A DNA stretch of 64,000 nucleotides from an uncultured virus (IMG/VR IMGVR_UViG_3300031758_000059) (taxonomy: Duplodnaviria > Heunggongvirae > Uroviricota > Caudoviricetes > Crassvirales), in IMG/VR virus record IMGVR_UViG_3300031758_000059. One strand, 5' to 3'. Below are positions 10,971 through 18,707 of this stretch, one piece after another (position 1 is the stretch's first letter; every line of letters starts with the position of its first letter). A model generated the notes under the pieces. The model was not told the origin of the DNA and ran no database searches. It saw only the letters and a list, made by a program, of their open reading frames with translations. The position numbers and the translations under genes are program-made.

Positions 10971-11306
10971 CTAAACTTTAGAAACTCTTTTTCCCATTCC
11001 TACCCTACTCTTCTCAGCTTTTTTTGCAGCAAGTCTCGAAGGAGAAATTTCACTCTTTGTCTTTGGTGTCCTTGAAGACACACGCTTTGTCGGACGGCAG
11101 TACTCATTCTTCCCACCCGCCCCACACGGTTTACCACTTTTGGTATCAACCCACTTCTCAGATTGCCATCTTTTTAGTGCAGTGCCTGATTCAGTTCTGC
11201 GAACTGAACCGGACTGTTTCCTACACTTAGCAATAGCCTGTGAAGCCCTTGCAGAAGGGAACACATCATACGATGCCTTTACTTTTCTATAGCAAGCGTC
11301 TTTCAT
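10971..11306 (-). CDS. Small highly basic Cys-containing protein
   Basis: K/R-rich, DACYRKVK...CGAGG...YCRP; translationally coupled to its neighbour. Confidence 0.65.
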   Translation of the reverse strand: MKDACYRKVKASYDVFPSARASQAIAKCRKQSGSVRRTESGTALKRWQSEKWVDTKSGKPCGAGGKNEYCRPTKRVSSRTPKTKSEISPSRLAAKKAEKSRVGMGKRVSKV

Positions 11307-11485
11307 TTCTTTGATAATACTTTTCTTTTAGCTTCAGGACTTAAATCCATAAAGTGATACAGCGGTTTACTTGAAGCAGTATGCTTCTTGCCCGTCATAA
11401 TTTTACTGCCGGACGCATGTTGATGCCCCTTCCACTCTGTACCATCTTTGAGGTAATGCCCTTTACTTTTCCAAGACTGACTCAT
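11303..11485 (-). CDS. Small basic His-rich protein
   Basis: 60-aa ORF with overlapping start/stop junctions on both sides. Confidence 0.6.
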   Translation of the reverse strand: MSQSWKSKGHYLKDGTEWKGHQHASGSKIMTGKKHTASSKPLYHFMDLSPEAKRKVLSKK

Positions 11486-11775
11486 TAGTACTTTCCTTTA
11501 CGTGATTTAGGACTTGACTTCGTTGAACCACCGGGCCCCGCCCACAGGTTCTTACACGCCCAATACCTCGCAGATAACTTATTGCTTGCGCTGTCACATT
11601 TGTGACGAGCACGGAATGAAGACCGTGCCGCAGCCGAATAGTTGTGGCCATAGCCTTCGGCACCAAAGTGAATGAGTTTCTCTTGCCCATTTGCACAGGC
11701 TTTCACCATCCGCTTCTTGCCGGGTCTATCTGAGGCCACGACACGGTTACATTTCATTTTGCTTTTGCTTGCCAT
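11485..11775 (-). CDS. Small basic protein
   Basis: IHFGAEGY...SFRARHKC...SARYWAC motif, familiar from small basic proteins of aquatic phages. Confidence 0.65.
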   Translation of the reverse strand: MASKSKMKCNRVVASDRPGKKRMVKACANGQEKLIHFGAEGYGHNYSAAARSSFRARHKCDSASNKLSARYWACKNLWAGPGGSTKSSPKSRKGKY

Positions 11776-12047
11776 TAGTACTTTTTCTTTGCAGCTTTTT
11801 TCATAACGGCTTTAACAACTTTCTTTGCAGCAGCTTTCTTTACTACTTTAGCAGCAGCAGCAGGAGCTTTCAGCATTGAAGATGCAGGCAAATTTGGTTT
11901 TGCTTTTTTCATCGTCTTTGATTTTTGAGGGTTAGAAATTATTTTTTTGGTTTCTTTGGTTTCGGCATTGTCGCTGCCTTCACCACTTGTGTGCAAGGGC
12001 TCATTTCGTTTCTTTTTGAATAATTTTGATAAGAACTGAAGTATCAT
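11775..12047 (-). CDS. Lys/Ala-rich histone-H1-like basic protein (alternative start 11912)
   Basis: C-terminus KAPAAAAKVVKKAAAKKVVKAVMKKAAKKKY. Confidence 0.55.
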   Translation of the reverse strand: MILQFLSKLFKKKRNEPLHTSGEGSDNAETKETKKIISNPQKSKTMKKAKPNLPASSMLKAPAAAAKVVKKAAAKKVVKAVMKKAAKKKY

Positions 12048-12051
12048 GTTC

Positions 12052-12071
12052 TATCTTTGTTCACAAATATA
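12052..12071. promoter_or_regulatory. Adjacent opposed Bacteroidota-type -7 promoter elements
   Basis: TATCTTTG on + (12052-12059) and TATATTTG on - (12064-12071), between divergent genes; -33 boxes are weak. Confidence 0.5.
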
Positions 12072-12076
12072 ATAAA

Positions 12077-12544
12077 ATGAAATCAAATTCTCACGATTAC
12101 CTCAAGTATTGGAGAGTTATTAGACAGTACACAAAAGTTCGTTACGGACTCTCCCAAGCCGACCTCGATGTTTTACTCTTTCTTTACAGCGAAGGATATT
12201 TTGGAAAAGACAAGTTCAAAGAGTTCTCCCAACTGATTTCGTGGGAGGTCAAACGCTTTGACCGCCTACTCAGAGATGGATGGATTGAAAACTTTAGAGC
12301 CGGCAGACGCGGTGCCGTAAAGGGTCTCTATACCCTAACCTTTAAGTCTAAGAAAATGATAGCAGGTATCTACAACAAGCTAAGCGGAGAGGAAATCCCC
12401 GAAACCATCTGCAATAACCCTATGTTCAAAAAGAATGTTCGCTTCACCGATAAGGTGTACCGCAATATGATTAGAGCTATGAACGCAGAAACCAAGCAGA
12501 ATAAACTCAGAGGACAAGCACCACGTCCCGTTCCTGAATTATAG
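12077..12544 (+). CDS. Winged-helix (MarR-like) DNA-binding protein
   Basis: YGLSQADLDVLLFL...FDRLLRDGWIE...YTLTFKSKK fits a winged helix. Lone plus-strand gene in a minus-strand block; start taken at MKSNSH. Confidence 0.55.
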   Translation: MKSNSHDYLKYWRVIRQYTKVRYGLSQADLDVLLFLYSEGYFGKDKFKEFSQLISWEVKRFDRLLRDGWIENFRAGRRGAVKGLYTLTFKSKKMIAGIYNKLSGEEIPETICNNPMFKKNVRFTDKVYRNMIRAMNAETKQNKLRGQAPRPVPEL

Positions 12545-12764
12545 TAAACTGCTCATCACGAATAATCATCGTGTAGCTCTGCGCCTTGTCATAGTAAATC
12601 TCGTCACCCTCTTGAATGGCTTTCACCTCAGTGCCCGGAGTCACCACCTTGCCACGCTTGTAGCGTAGCTGATTGGTGTCTTCACCCGACAGGACAAGTC
12701 CTGATGAGGTTTTCACCTCCTCGTCAATTTGACGAACAATTATGTTTTTACCTATCGCTTTCAT
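12507..12764 (-). CDS. groES: Co-chaperonin GroES (Cpn10)
   Basis: KAIGKNIIV...KTSSGLVL...GKVVTPG...EGDEIYY...IIQERDVL. Confidence 0.85.
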   Translation of the reverse strand: MKAIGKNIIVRQIDEEVKTSSGLVLSGEDTNQLRYKRGKVVTPGTEVKAIQEGDEIYYDKAQSYTMIIRDEQFTIIQERDVVLVL

Positions 12765-13056
12765 TTGATTTTTTTGTTCCAAAATAATATGAGAATATCA
12801 TCAGTGTTAAAGTCTTTATTAAGTCAAACAGCTCAGTGTCTTGATTGTCAGATAGTAATGGTATCTTAAATGCTACTACCTTGTCAATAATGTACACCCC
12901 AACAAGAGCTGAGAAGACAAGCAGGATAAACTTTACGAGTATCTCCTTAGTGTCATTGACAAAGATTTTATTGACAAAGTAGACGCATCCCACTATGAAC
13001 CCAAGTGACAGAATCACTGCCAATGCCGTAATGATATGTGAATTTGTGCTAAACAT
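12748..13056 (-). CDS. Small membrane protein, three TM segments
   Basis: Three hydrophobic stretches; C-terminus IFSYYFGTKK. Confidence 0.6.
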   Translation of the reverse strand: MFSTNSHIITALAVILSLGFIVGCVYFVNKIFVNDTKEILVKFILLVFSALVGVYIIDKVVAFKIPLLSDNQDTELFDLIKTLTLMIFSYYFGTKKSNESDR

Positions 13057-13234
13057 CGCTTCTGTTTATCTCAGTCCAATGCCCACACTTAGGGCACTCT
13101 AATAAGTCACCGTGATATAGTTCCACGTGGAACTCCGTCCACTCAATCTTACTCGCCTCAACCAAAGCAAGCCATTGGTAGTTGCATCTCGCACACTCCA
13201 TAGGATATGCTATGTTCTCTTGGCCTACGGTCAT
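13049..13234 (-). CDS. Small zinc-ribbon protein
   Basis: CARC...CPKC; coupled to the groEL stop by an ATGA overlap. Confidence 0.55.
   Translation of the reverse strand: MTVGQENIAYPMECARCNYQWLALVEASKIEWTEFHVELYHGDLLECPKCGHWTEINRSDV
13119..13134. promoter_or_regulatory. parS-like palindrome
   Basis: AGTTCCACGTGGAACT, a perfect 16-bp palindrome with the parS core GTTCCACGTGGAAC. Confidence 0.55.
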
Positions 13235-14829
13235 TTGGTCTCGTATGAGCGTGCCATGGTGATAATGGCGTTAGTGGATAAAATGGTTGTTGCTACGCTC
13301 ACTGCATTCTGCAAAGCTGAACGAGTGACTTTCAGTGGGTCAATCACCCCCATTTTAATCAGGTCGCCCATCTCGCGGGTCTTGACGTTTAAGCCGAACC
13401 CATCGGACACGTCCGATGTATAGTGGTCCTCCGCTTTTAACCCCGCATTGTCAAGTATCTGCTCAAGAGGCGCTTTGAGCGCGCTCTGCAGTATCTGCGC
13501 TGCAACGTCCTGCTCCTCTTGGGTGACCTCACCCAAAAGGTCGAACACCTCAACTTCGTACAGCGCCTTGCCCCCACCGGGCAGTATCCCTTCCTCAAGC
13601 GCTGAGCGAACGGCATGCACCGCATCGTCAACCCTGTCATATAGCTCCTTCTGCTCAAGGTCAGTGTTTCCACCTACATAGATAACCCCAATACCCCCCG
13701 TAAGCGAAGCAATGCGCTCAAGCAAGTGGTCACGGTCAGCCTTTTTCTTGGCAACCCTGTGCGCCTCCCAAAGCTGCGCCACCCTCGTCTCCACCTTCTC
13801 TTGGTCGACCTTCAGCTCACTTTTTAAAATGATAGTGGTATCCTTTGACACCACAACCTTCGCGGCATGTCCCAAATCGGCATAACTTATCTGCGATAAG
13901 TCGTCACCGGTCTTCTCGGAAAAGTAAATGGCTCCTACTGACACGGCAAGGTCTTGCATCAGCTCATGCTGCTTATACCCAAAGCTCGGAGGCTGCACCG
14001 CACAAAGCTTGAGATTGTTCTTCATCACATTCGCGGCAAAGGTATTGACCACGTTCACGTGGCAGGGAGCCACAATCAGCAGCTTCTTGCCCTCTTGGAT
14101 AATTGGTTTCAAAACAGCTTCTATCTGCAGGATATTGCTTATCTCAATGTCAGCTACCAAAATGTATACGTCCTCAAAGACGCATTCGTCCCTTCCTTGG
14201 TCGTTTATAAAAAGTGGGCTGTAGTACCCTCTGTCGATTTTTAGGCCCTTGGTGGTCTCCGCATAGGTCTCAGCGGTCTGTGACCGCTCTACGGTCACAA
14301 TCCCCTGTCGGCCCACGTCCTTATACACCTCGGCAATTATCTTCCCAATCTCGCGGTCGTTGTTGGCTGAAATAGAGGCAATGTCAACAAGCATACTGCT
14401 TGAGACCTTCTTGCTGCGCCTGCGCAGCCTATCCACCACCTTTGTGGACAAGTCCACCATATTGCGTAGCACCTCCGTCCGGTTATGGTGTGGCTTCATC
14501 AGGTTAAGACCACCAAGTACGAGCGCCTCAGTAAGTACGATAGCTGTCGTAGTTCCGTCCCCCGCAAGGGTGGCCGTCCGGTCTGCTGCCTCCTTCATCA
14601 TCTTAACCGCCAAGTTCTCGACAGGGTCCAACAAGTCAACCGCCTTAGCCACCGTAACCCCATCCTTCGTAACCGTAATACCATGCGTGTGCTGAGGAGA
14701 CTCAATAAGCACCGTGTTACCACTCGGCCCCAACGTGCTTTTAACCGCTTGTGCCATCTTTTCAATGCCACTAATAAGCTTCTGCCGACCCTGTTCGGCA
14801 AAGACTAAGTCTTTAGGAGAATATTCCAT
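13231..14829 (-). CDS. groEL: Chaperonin GroEL (Cpn60)
   Basis: AVKSTLGPSG, VTKDGVTVAK, AGDGTTTAIVL, DRVDDA, EEGILPGGG and GVIDPLKVTRSALQNA; no C-terminal GGM tail. Confidence 0.97.
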   Translation of the reverse strand: MEYSPKDLVFAEQGRQKLISGIEKMAQAVKSTLGPSGNTVLIESPQHTHGITVTKDGVTVAKAVDLLDPVENLAVKMMKEAADRTATLAGDGTTTAIVLTEALVLGGLNLMKPHHNRTEVLRNMVDLSTKVVDRLRRRSKKVSSSMLVDIASISANNDREIGKIIAEVYKDVGRQGIVTVERSQTAETYAETTKGLKIDRGYYSPLFINDQGRDECVFEDVYILVADIEISNILQIEAVLKPIIQEGKKLLIVAPCHVNVVNTFAANVMKNNLKLCAVQPPSFGYKQHELMQDLAVSVGAIYFSEKTGDDLSQISYADLGHAAKVVVSKDTTIILKSELKVDQEKVETRVAQLWEAHRVAKKKADRDHLLERIASLTGGIGVIYVGGNTDLEQKELYDRVDDAVHAVRSALEEGILPGGGKALYEVEVFDLLGEVTQEEQDVAAQILQSALKAPLEQILDNAGLKAEDHYTSDVSDGFGLNVKTREMGDLIKMGVIDPLKVTRSALQNAVSVATTILSTNAIITMARSYETK

Positions 14830-14868
14830 TTGATTTTATTTGATTATACCATACGAAGTATGGTGAAA

Positions 14869-14899
14869 CAAAAGTAATAACTACGTACGATATAACAAA
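14869..14899 (-). promoter_or_regulatory. Bacteroidota sigma70-type promoter for the groEL operon
   Basis: On the minus strand: TTTG (14896-14899), 19-nt spacer, TACTTTTG (14869-14876). Confidence 0.7.
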
Positions 14900-14925
14900 G
14901 TTTATTACTCGACTAATTCCTGTGT

Positions 14926-15101
14926 ATTTCGATAGTGAGCTATCGAAATGACAAGTTCTTCCTTCCCTATTATATATATATATTTACCTCCTTTTATATA
15001 GAATTTTATGGTTATAGTTCATTTTTAAAATCGACATAATCGACATAAATAATAATAATCAATAAGTTAAGTAACATAAAATCTGTCATTGAATGACAGA
15101 T
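14926..15101. repeat. AT-rich origin-like element, copy A
   Basis: Inverted repeats at 14926-14949 and 15081-15101 flank a (TA)n tract and tandem TCGACATAA; related to 24030-24186. Confidence 0.5.
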
Positions 15102-15114
15102 TATCAGGTAATAT

Positions 15115-15156
15115 AAAAAGAAGAAGGGAGAAACCACAACCGTGACCTCTCCCTTC
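15115..15156 (-). terminator. Probable intrinsic terminator
   Basis: GAAGGGAG...CTCCCTTC stem followed by a U-rich tract on the minus strand, downstream of ORF 15183-15380. Confidence 0.5.
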
Positions 15157-15182
15157 ATTAAGTAAGCTTGTACAATCCTCGT

Positions 15183-15380
15183 CTATTTCTTCTTGAGCTC
15201 CATTAAAGACTCCATCATATCAGCACGCATCTCCGCCTGATACATGGCCTCTGACATCATAGAAATCTTCTCAGCTTTCTTCATCTCTTTCTTGATACGA
15301 ACAGCCTGTTGGATTCCCGTAACATCATTAGGACGATTGTTGATAAGCCTACCGTTCCGAACTGTTAAATCATTGTACAT
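15183..15380 (-). CDS. Hypothetical protein
   Basis: 65-aa ORF with a helical K/E/M-rich C-terminus, followed by a terminator-like hairpin. Confidence 0.55.
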   Translation of the reverse strand: MYNDLTVRNGRLINNRPNDVTGIQQAVRIKKEMKKAEKISMMSEAMYQAEMRADMMESLMELKKK

Positions 15381-15687
15381 AGCATAAAGATACGTACTTG
15401 TGTCGACAACTTAAAACAACTAAGGGTGACACAATACCGGAAACTTTAGATAACCGGAGTGTGGGGGTTATACCCCGGTTTTGCGCGGCCCGCCCCGAAC
15501 CCGAAACGACTTTTATTTTAGGGGGTGGGGGTCGAGTTCCCTTCGGTTCACTCAGATTTTTTAGCTTTTTCCCTGCACCCCTTGCGCCCCTCGCCCGCTC
15601 CCCGCATCCGCGCCCCGCTCGCCCCCCTGCACCTTGCGCGCTTTTACGTTTGACGCGCCCCTTTGTCATCCTTCGCCCGCCCGCCCT

Positions 15688-15703
15688 GTGTCTTCAAAGA
15701 CAC
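15688..15703. repeat. Dispersed palindrome GTGTCTTNNAAGACAC (one of 8 copies)
   Basis: Copies start at 11066 (1 mismatch), 15688, 17404, 19101, 27751, 36558, 50220 and 57288. Confidence 0.9.
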
Positions 15704-15908
15704 AAAGAGAGACCCAAAGAGAGGGGGTAACCCTCCCGCCCCTGTTTGAATTAGTAAATAGTTAGACGAGCAATAAACGGCTAAAATGCTGTGTTTGTGC
15801 ACACATTGTACACACTAAAAAAAATTCTTTAAAAAAACTTTTTTTGTGTCGTGAATTGTTGTAATATTGTTGCGGAATTGTTTTTTAATTATTCAAAATT
15901 TAATCAAA

Positions 15909-16484
15909 ATGAGTTTACTTACCATTGAGCGCAACTTTTTAAAACTACCTGAGGTAGCCACAGCGCTTCGCCTCTCTGAGGTGCGCACGATACAGCGCAC
16001 GATTGCAAACGCCAAAAAGAAAAAGTTCGAGCAGTCGCTCGCCCTGTCTCAGCACGTTCAATCCGCTTTCGAGTGGTTTAAAAGTGAAGACGGACGCGCG
16101 AAGTTCAGCGAAGAGGGTATCGTGTGGACGGCTGAGGACTTTGGGTTGAAGGTCTTCGGATGGCAAAGGTCATTTTTCTACAAAATGCTTCGGGTGGCTT
16201 CGCTACCTTCTGAGGTGGTCGAGCGCTACAGCGCGCAGGCTGACGAGCAGGGCGAGGACGCACAGCGGAGCATTGAGGAGTTATTGAGCTACGCGAAGCA
16301 GGTGGAAGAGGGGAGCGAAGAAGGTGGAACAGGGGAGCGCCCGCAAATTATCCTTTCTCTTGTCTTCAATCATCCTGACGGCAAGACTACCATAAAAATC
16401 AACGATGCGGGGCAGGTCAAAATTTCGGGCGAGAATATTCGCGAAGCTATCCAATTGTTAACCTCTTCAATCAATTTACAATGA
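15909..16484 (+). CDS. Hypothetical early protein, possibly DNA-binding
   Basis: First gene of the plus arm; AATCAAA leader before the ATG at 15909; the WTAEDFGLKVFGWQRSFFYKMLRVA segment resembles an HTH. Confidence 0.6.
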   Translation: MSLLTIERNFLKLPEVATALRLSEVRTIQRTIANAKKKKFEQSLALSQHVQSAFEWFKSEDGRAKFSEEGIVWTAEDFGLKVFGWQRSFFYKMLRVASLPSEVVERYSAQADEQGEDAQRSIEELLSYAKQVEEGSEEGGTGERPQIILSLVFNHPDGKTTIKINDAGQVKISGENIREAIQLLTSSINLQ

Positions 16485-17401
16485 GTCAGGGCATTATATA
16501 CGGCTTGCATGGTGCAGGCGAAAACAGATGGGGCAATTTAGTGTCACGCGGTCAGGTACAGCCGTATCACGACAAACCGCATCCCCTCAACATTTCAAAG
16601 GGCGGGCACGCGGTTGACATTGCGGGGCTTAAAAAGAAGGTGACAAGGGATACCATCCTTCTTGAGAATGGCGAATATGGCGCGCGCTTTACGATAGGCT
16701 TTGAGATTGAAAAAAACGCCCTACACAGAAACGCGGTGCAGGAATACCCCCTGCTTTGTGGCTTCGAGCGTGACGGGTCGTGTGGATATGAGGCGGTGAC
16801 GCACATTTTGCCCCTGCTCCCTGCGAGTAAGTGGCGAAATAAAGTGTTTGACATGTTCGTACAGGCTGAGAAGATTATCGATGACAGGTTCAGTCCGTCC
16901 GATAAGCGGTGCGGTGGGCACGTTACAATCGCGGTGCAGGGGATGAGCGGGGACGAGCTACGCGAAGCCATCCGCAAAAATTGTGGCATCCTTTACGCCC
17001 TATTTCGCAAGCGTTTGACCAATGGCTTTTGCTCGAGAAATAGACGGATGCAAACAGAGAGTGAGGTGCATTTGGGGCAATATAGCGAGACAGGCGGGTG
17101 GCATGAAAAATATCAGGTTGCGCTCGTCAAAGACAAGTGTCTTGAGTTTCGCCTGCCTTCAAAGGTTGAGAGTGTAAAACAGCTCCTGAGACGCTATGAG
17201 CTACTTTTTGAGATGGTGAACTTCACCATCAATTGCCCCAACGGCTCGCACGAGGCGCTTCTCAAGCGCGTGCGCCCAATTGTCAAAAGCATGTACAATG
17301 GGGACGATGCGAAAACGGACGGCATCCTTGAGCTCGCGCGCCACTTCCGCAAGTTCATTCTAACGGGTGAACGGCATGGGGACATCGTGCGCTATCTGTG
17401 A
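16481..17401 (+). CDS. Putative amidoligase (COOH-NH2 ligase type 2)
   Basis: TIGFEIE, RDGSCGYEAVT, CGGHVTI and LEFRLP motifs. Confidence 0.8.
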   Translation: MSQGIIYGLHGAGENRWGNLVSRGQVQPYHDKPHPLNISKGGHAVDIAGLKKKVTRDTILLENGEYGARFTIGFEIEKNALHRNAVQEYPLLCGFERDGSCGYEAVTHILPLLPASKWRNKVFDMFVQAEKIIDDRFSPSDKRCGGHVTIAVQGMSGDELREAIRKNCGILYALFRKRLTNGFCSRNRRMQTESEVHLGQYSETGGWHEKYQVALVKDKCLEFRLPSKVESVKQLLRRYELLFEMVNFTINCPNGSHEALLKRVRPIVKSMYNGDDAKTDGILELARHFRKFILTGERHGDIVRYL

Positions 17402-17421
17402 GCGTGTCTTCAAAGACACAC

Positions 17422-17480
17422 GCCTGTGACGGCTTACTCAGGGCATGCCCTGAGGCAAGGGTTCGACTCCCTCGACAGGC
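17422..17480 (+). ncRNA. tRNA-like element (acceptor-like stem, hairpin, T-arm; no D-arm)
   Basis: GCCTGT/ACAGGC closing stem, CTCAGGGCATGCCCTGAG hairpin, AGGG-TTCGACT-CCCT T-loop. Confidence 0.55.
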
Positions 17481-17501
17481 TCGAATTAAAATCAAATCAA
17501 A

Positions 17502-17612
17502 ATGGGAACACACATTACAATTTTGGAGGCGGTCGCGCTTAGCGCGGTGAGTCTCTTCGCTTATGTCTTTATTGCAACCTTATTCGATTACCTTAAAAAC
17601 CCAAACAAATGA
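17502..17612 (+). CDS. Small single-TM protein, 36 aa (absent from the ORF track)
   Basis: MGTHITILEAVALSAVSLFAYVFIATLFDYLKNPNK; AAATCAAATCAAA leader; ATGA overlap with the next gene. Confidence 0.65.
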   Translation: MGTHITILEAVALSAVSLFAYVFIATLFDYLKNPNK

Positions 17613-18151
17613 GACGCATTACTGAGATGATGGCGTGCGCCTTCGAGAGAGGGCGTCAGCTACGGATGAGCAACAGCTACACAGACGGCACGTCCCTGTG
17701 GCTACATGGCAACAAAATCGCGGAGGACAGAGGCGGTGAGCTATGGATAACGAGTGCGGGGTGGCGAACAAACGTAACAAAGGAGAGGCTTAACGGGCTG
17801 ACGGGTGTAAATATCCAACAGCGCAGGGGCACGTGGTATCTAAACGGACAGCAGTGGGACGGGGAGTGGACGAGGGTGGACGGATACGAGTGGCAGGCTG
17901 TGCCTCAAGAACCTGAGTTTGACATGACGAGCGAGTGGACGGGTAAGTACAGCCGTCCATTGTATGCCATCTTACACACGCATGACGCGGACGAGTTGTG
18001 CGGGGTGGAGAAAATACTCAATGAAGAAGGTATACCGCACCGCAGGCACGAGACTGACACGACAGGAGAGTGGAGACCAAATCACTTTGTGGTGGTGCTC
18101 CCTGCGGACTACGAGCGGGCAAAGAGGTTAACTGAAGAGGCTTATGCTTAG
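17609..18151 (+). CDS. Hypothetical early protein; its 3' end lies inside hammerhead 1
   Basis: 180-aa Trp-rich ORF (LWLHGNKIA...GWRTNVTKERLN). Confidence 0.75.
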   Translation: MRRITEMMACAFERGRQLRMSNSYTDGTSLWLHGNKIAEDRGGELWITSAGWRTNVTKERLNGLTGVNIQQRRGTWYLNGQQWDGEWTRVDGYEWQAVPQEPEFDMTSEWTGKYSRPLYAILHTHDADELCGVEKILNEEGIPHRRHETDTTGEWRPNHFVVVLPADYERAKRLTEEAYA

Positions 18152-18193
18152 CCGAAACGTGAGCGAGTGAATCGAGCTCGCCACGTCTTAACC
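18126..18193 (+). ncRNA. Hammerhead ribozyme 1 (type I)
   Basis: Stem I GGUUAA/UUAACC, core CUGAAGA, stem II GGCU/AGCC, GAAA, stem III ACGUG..GCGAG/CUCGC..CACGU, GUC triplet; predicted cut after 18187. Confidence 0.93.
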
Positions 18194-18206
18194 AAATCAA
18201 AGTAAA

Positions 18207-18407
18207 ATGATAATCAGAAACGGATTCGTATGGTTGGCGGTGACCAACAAAGCAAAAGAGGTTTTCCAAAGCGGGCTATTTGAGGTTTACAAATTGCATG
18301 ATGATGAAAGTGAAAGCCTGTGTGAAAGCTATGCAGACATAAATGATGCGCTTGAGTTTGGGCTTGATTTAGCTATCGAGGTAGGTAGGTTAACTGATGA
18401 GGGTTAA
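18207..18407 (+). CDS. Hypothetical 66-aa protein bracketed by two hammerheads
   Basis: Starts 19 nt after the HHR1 cut site; stop codon lies in loop II of HHR2. Confidence 0.75.
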   Translation: MIIRNGFVWLAVTNKAKEVFQSGLFEVYKLHDDESESLCESYADINDALEFGLDLAIEVGRLTDEG

Positions 18408-18459
18408 ATTACCCGAAACGGAATCACACGGGCTCGCCCGTGTGACCCCCGTCTTAACC
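18388..18459 (+). ncRNA. Hammerhead ribozyme 2 (type I)
   Basis: Stem I GGUUAA/UUAACC, core CUGAUGA, stem II GGGU/ACCC, GAAA, stem III ACGG..UCACACGGGC/GCCCGUGUGA..CCGU, GUC triplet; predicted cut after 18453. Confidence 0.95.
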
Positions 18460-18473
18460 AAATCAAATCAAAT

Positions 18474-18704
18474 ATGATACTACACGAAAGAGACCACAAA
18501 GCAATCGCAAAAGCGAAGGAGCTACTAAAAAACTACGGGTACTTTACGGACAATCTTTGGCACGTTAATGACGTGATGAATAGGTTTGAATGTGACGAAG
18601 ATACCGCGCAAAGTATACTAAACGATGCCCTCACAAATGACGCAACCTTTGAGCAAGTTTGGCTTGCTATTGACTGCGCTATTCAATCACATGTAAATCT
18701 GTAA
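18474..18704 (+). CDS. Hypothetical early protein
   Basis: 76-aa ORF starting 20 nt after the HHR2 cut site, with an AAATCAAATCAAAT leader. Confidence 0.7.
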   Translation: MILHERDHKAIAKAKELLKNYGYFTDNLWHVNDVMNRFECDEDTAQSILNDALTNDATFEQVWLAIDCAIQSHVNL

Positions 18705-18707
18705 ACC

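Noticed and set aside
12676..12730. Additional palindrome half-site (GTGTCTTCA) and a CTGATGAG hammerhead-like seed
   Set aside because: The second half-site is missing and no GAAA or stem III follows; the CTGANGAG seeds near 9095 and 16240 fail in the same way.
13127..14808. Multiple plus-strand and alternate-frame ORFs over groEL, and similar shadow ORFs over other long genes
   Set aside because: They are antisense or frame shadows of well-supported genes, with no motifs or leaders.
15370..15730. ORFs 15370-15669 (-) and 15398-15730 (+)
   Set aside because: Low-complexity R/G/P/A translations of the GC-rich tract with no phage-type leader; probably spurious.
17422..17480. Canonical tRNA gene
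   Set aside because: Only 59 nt, with no D-arm, no proper anticodon loop and no CCA; reported as tRNA-like only.
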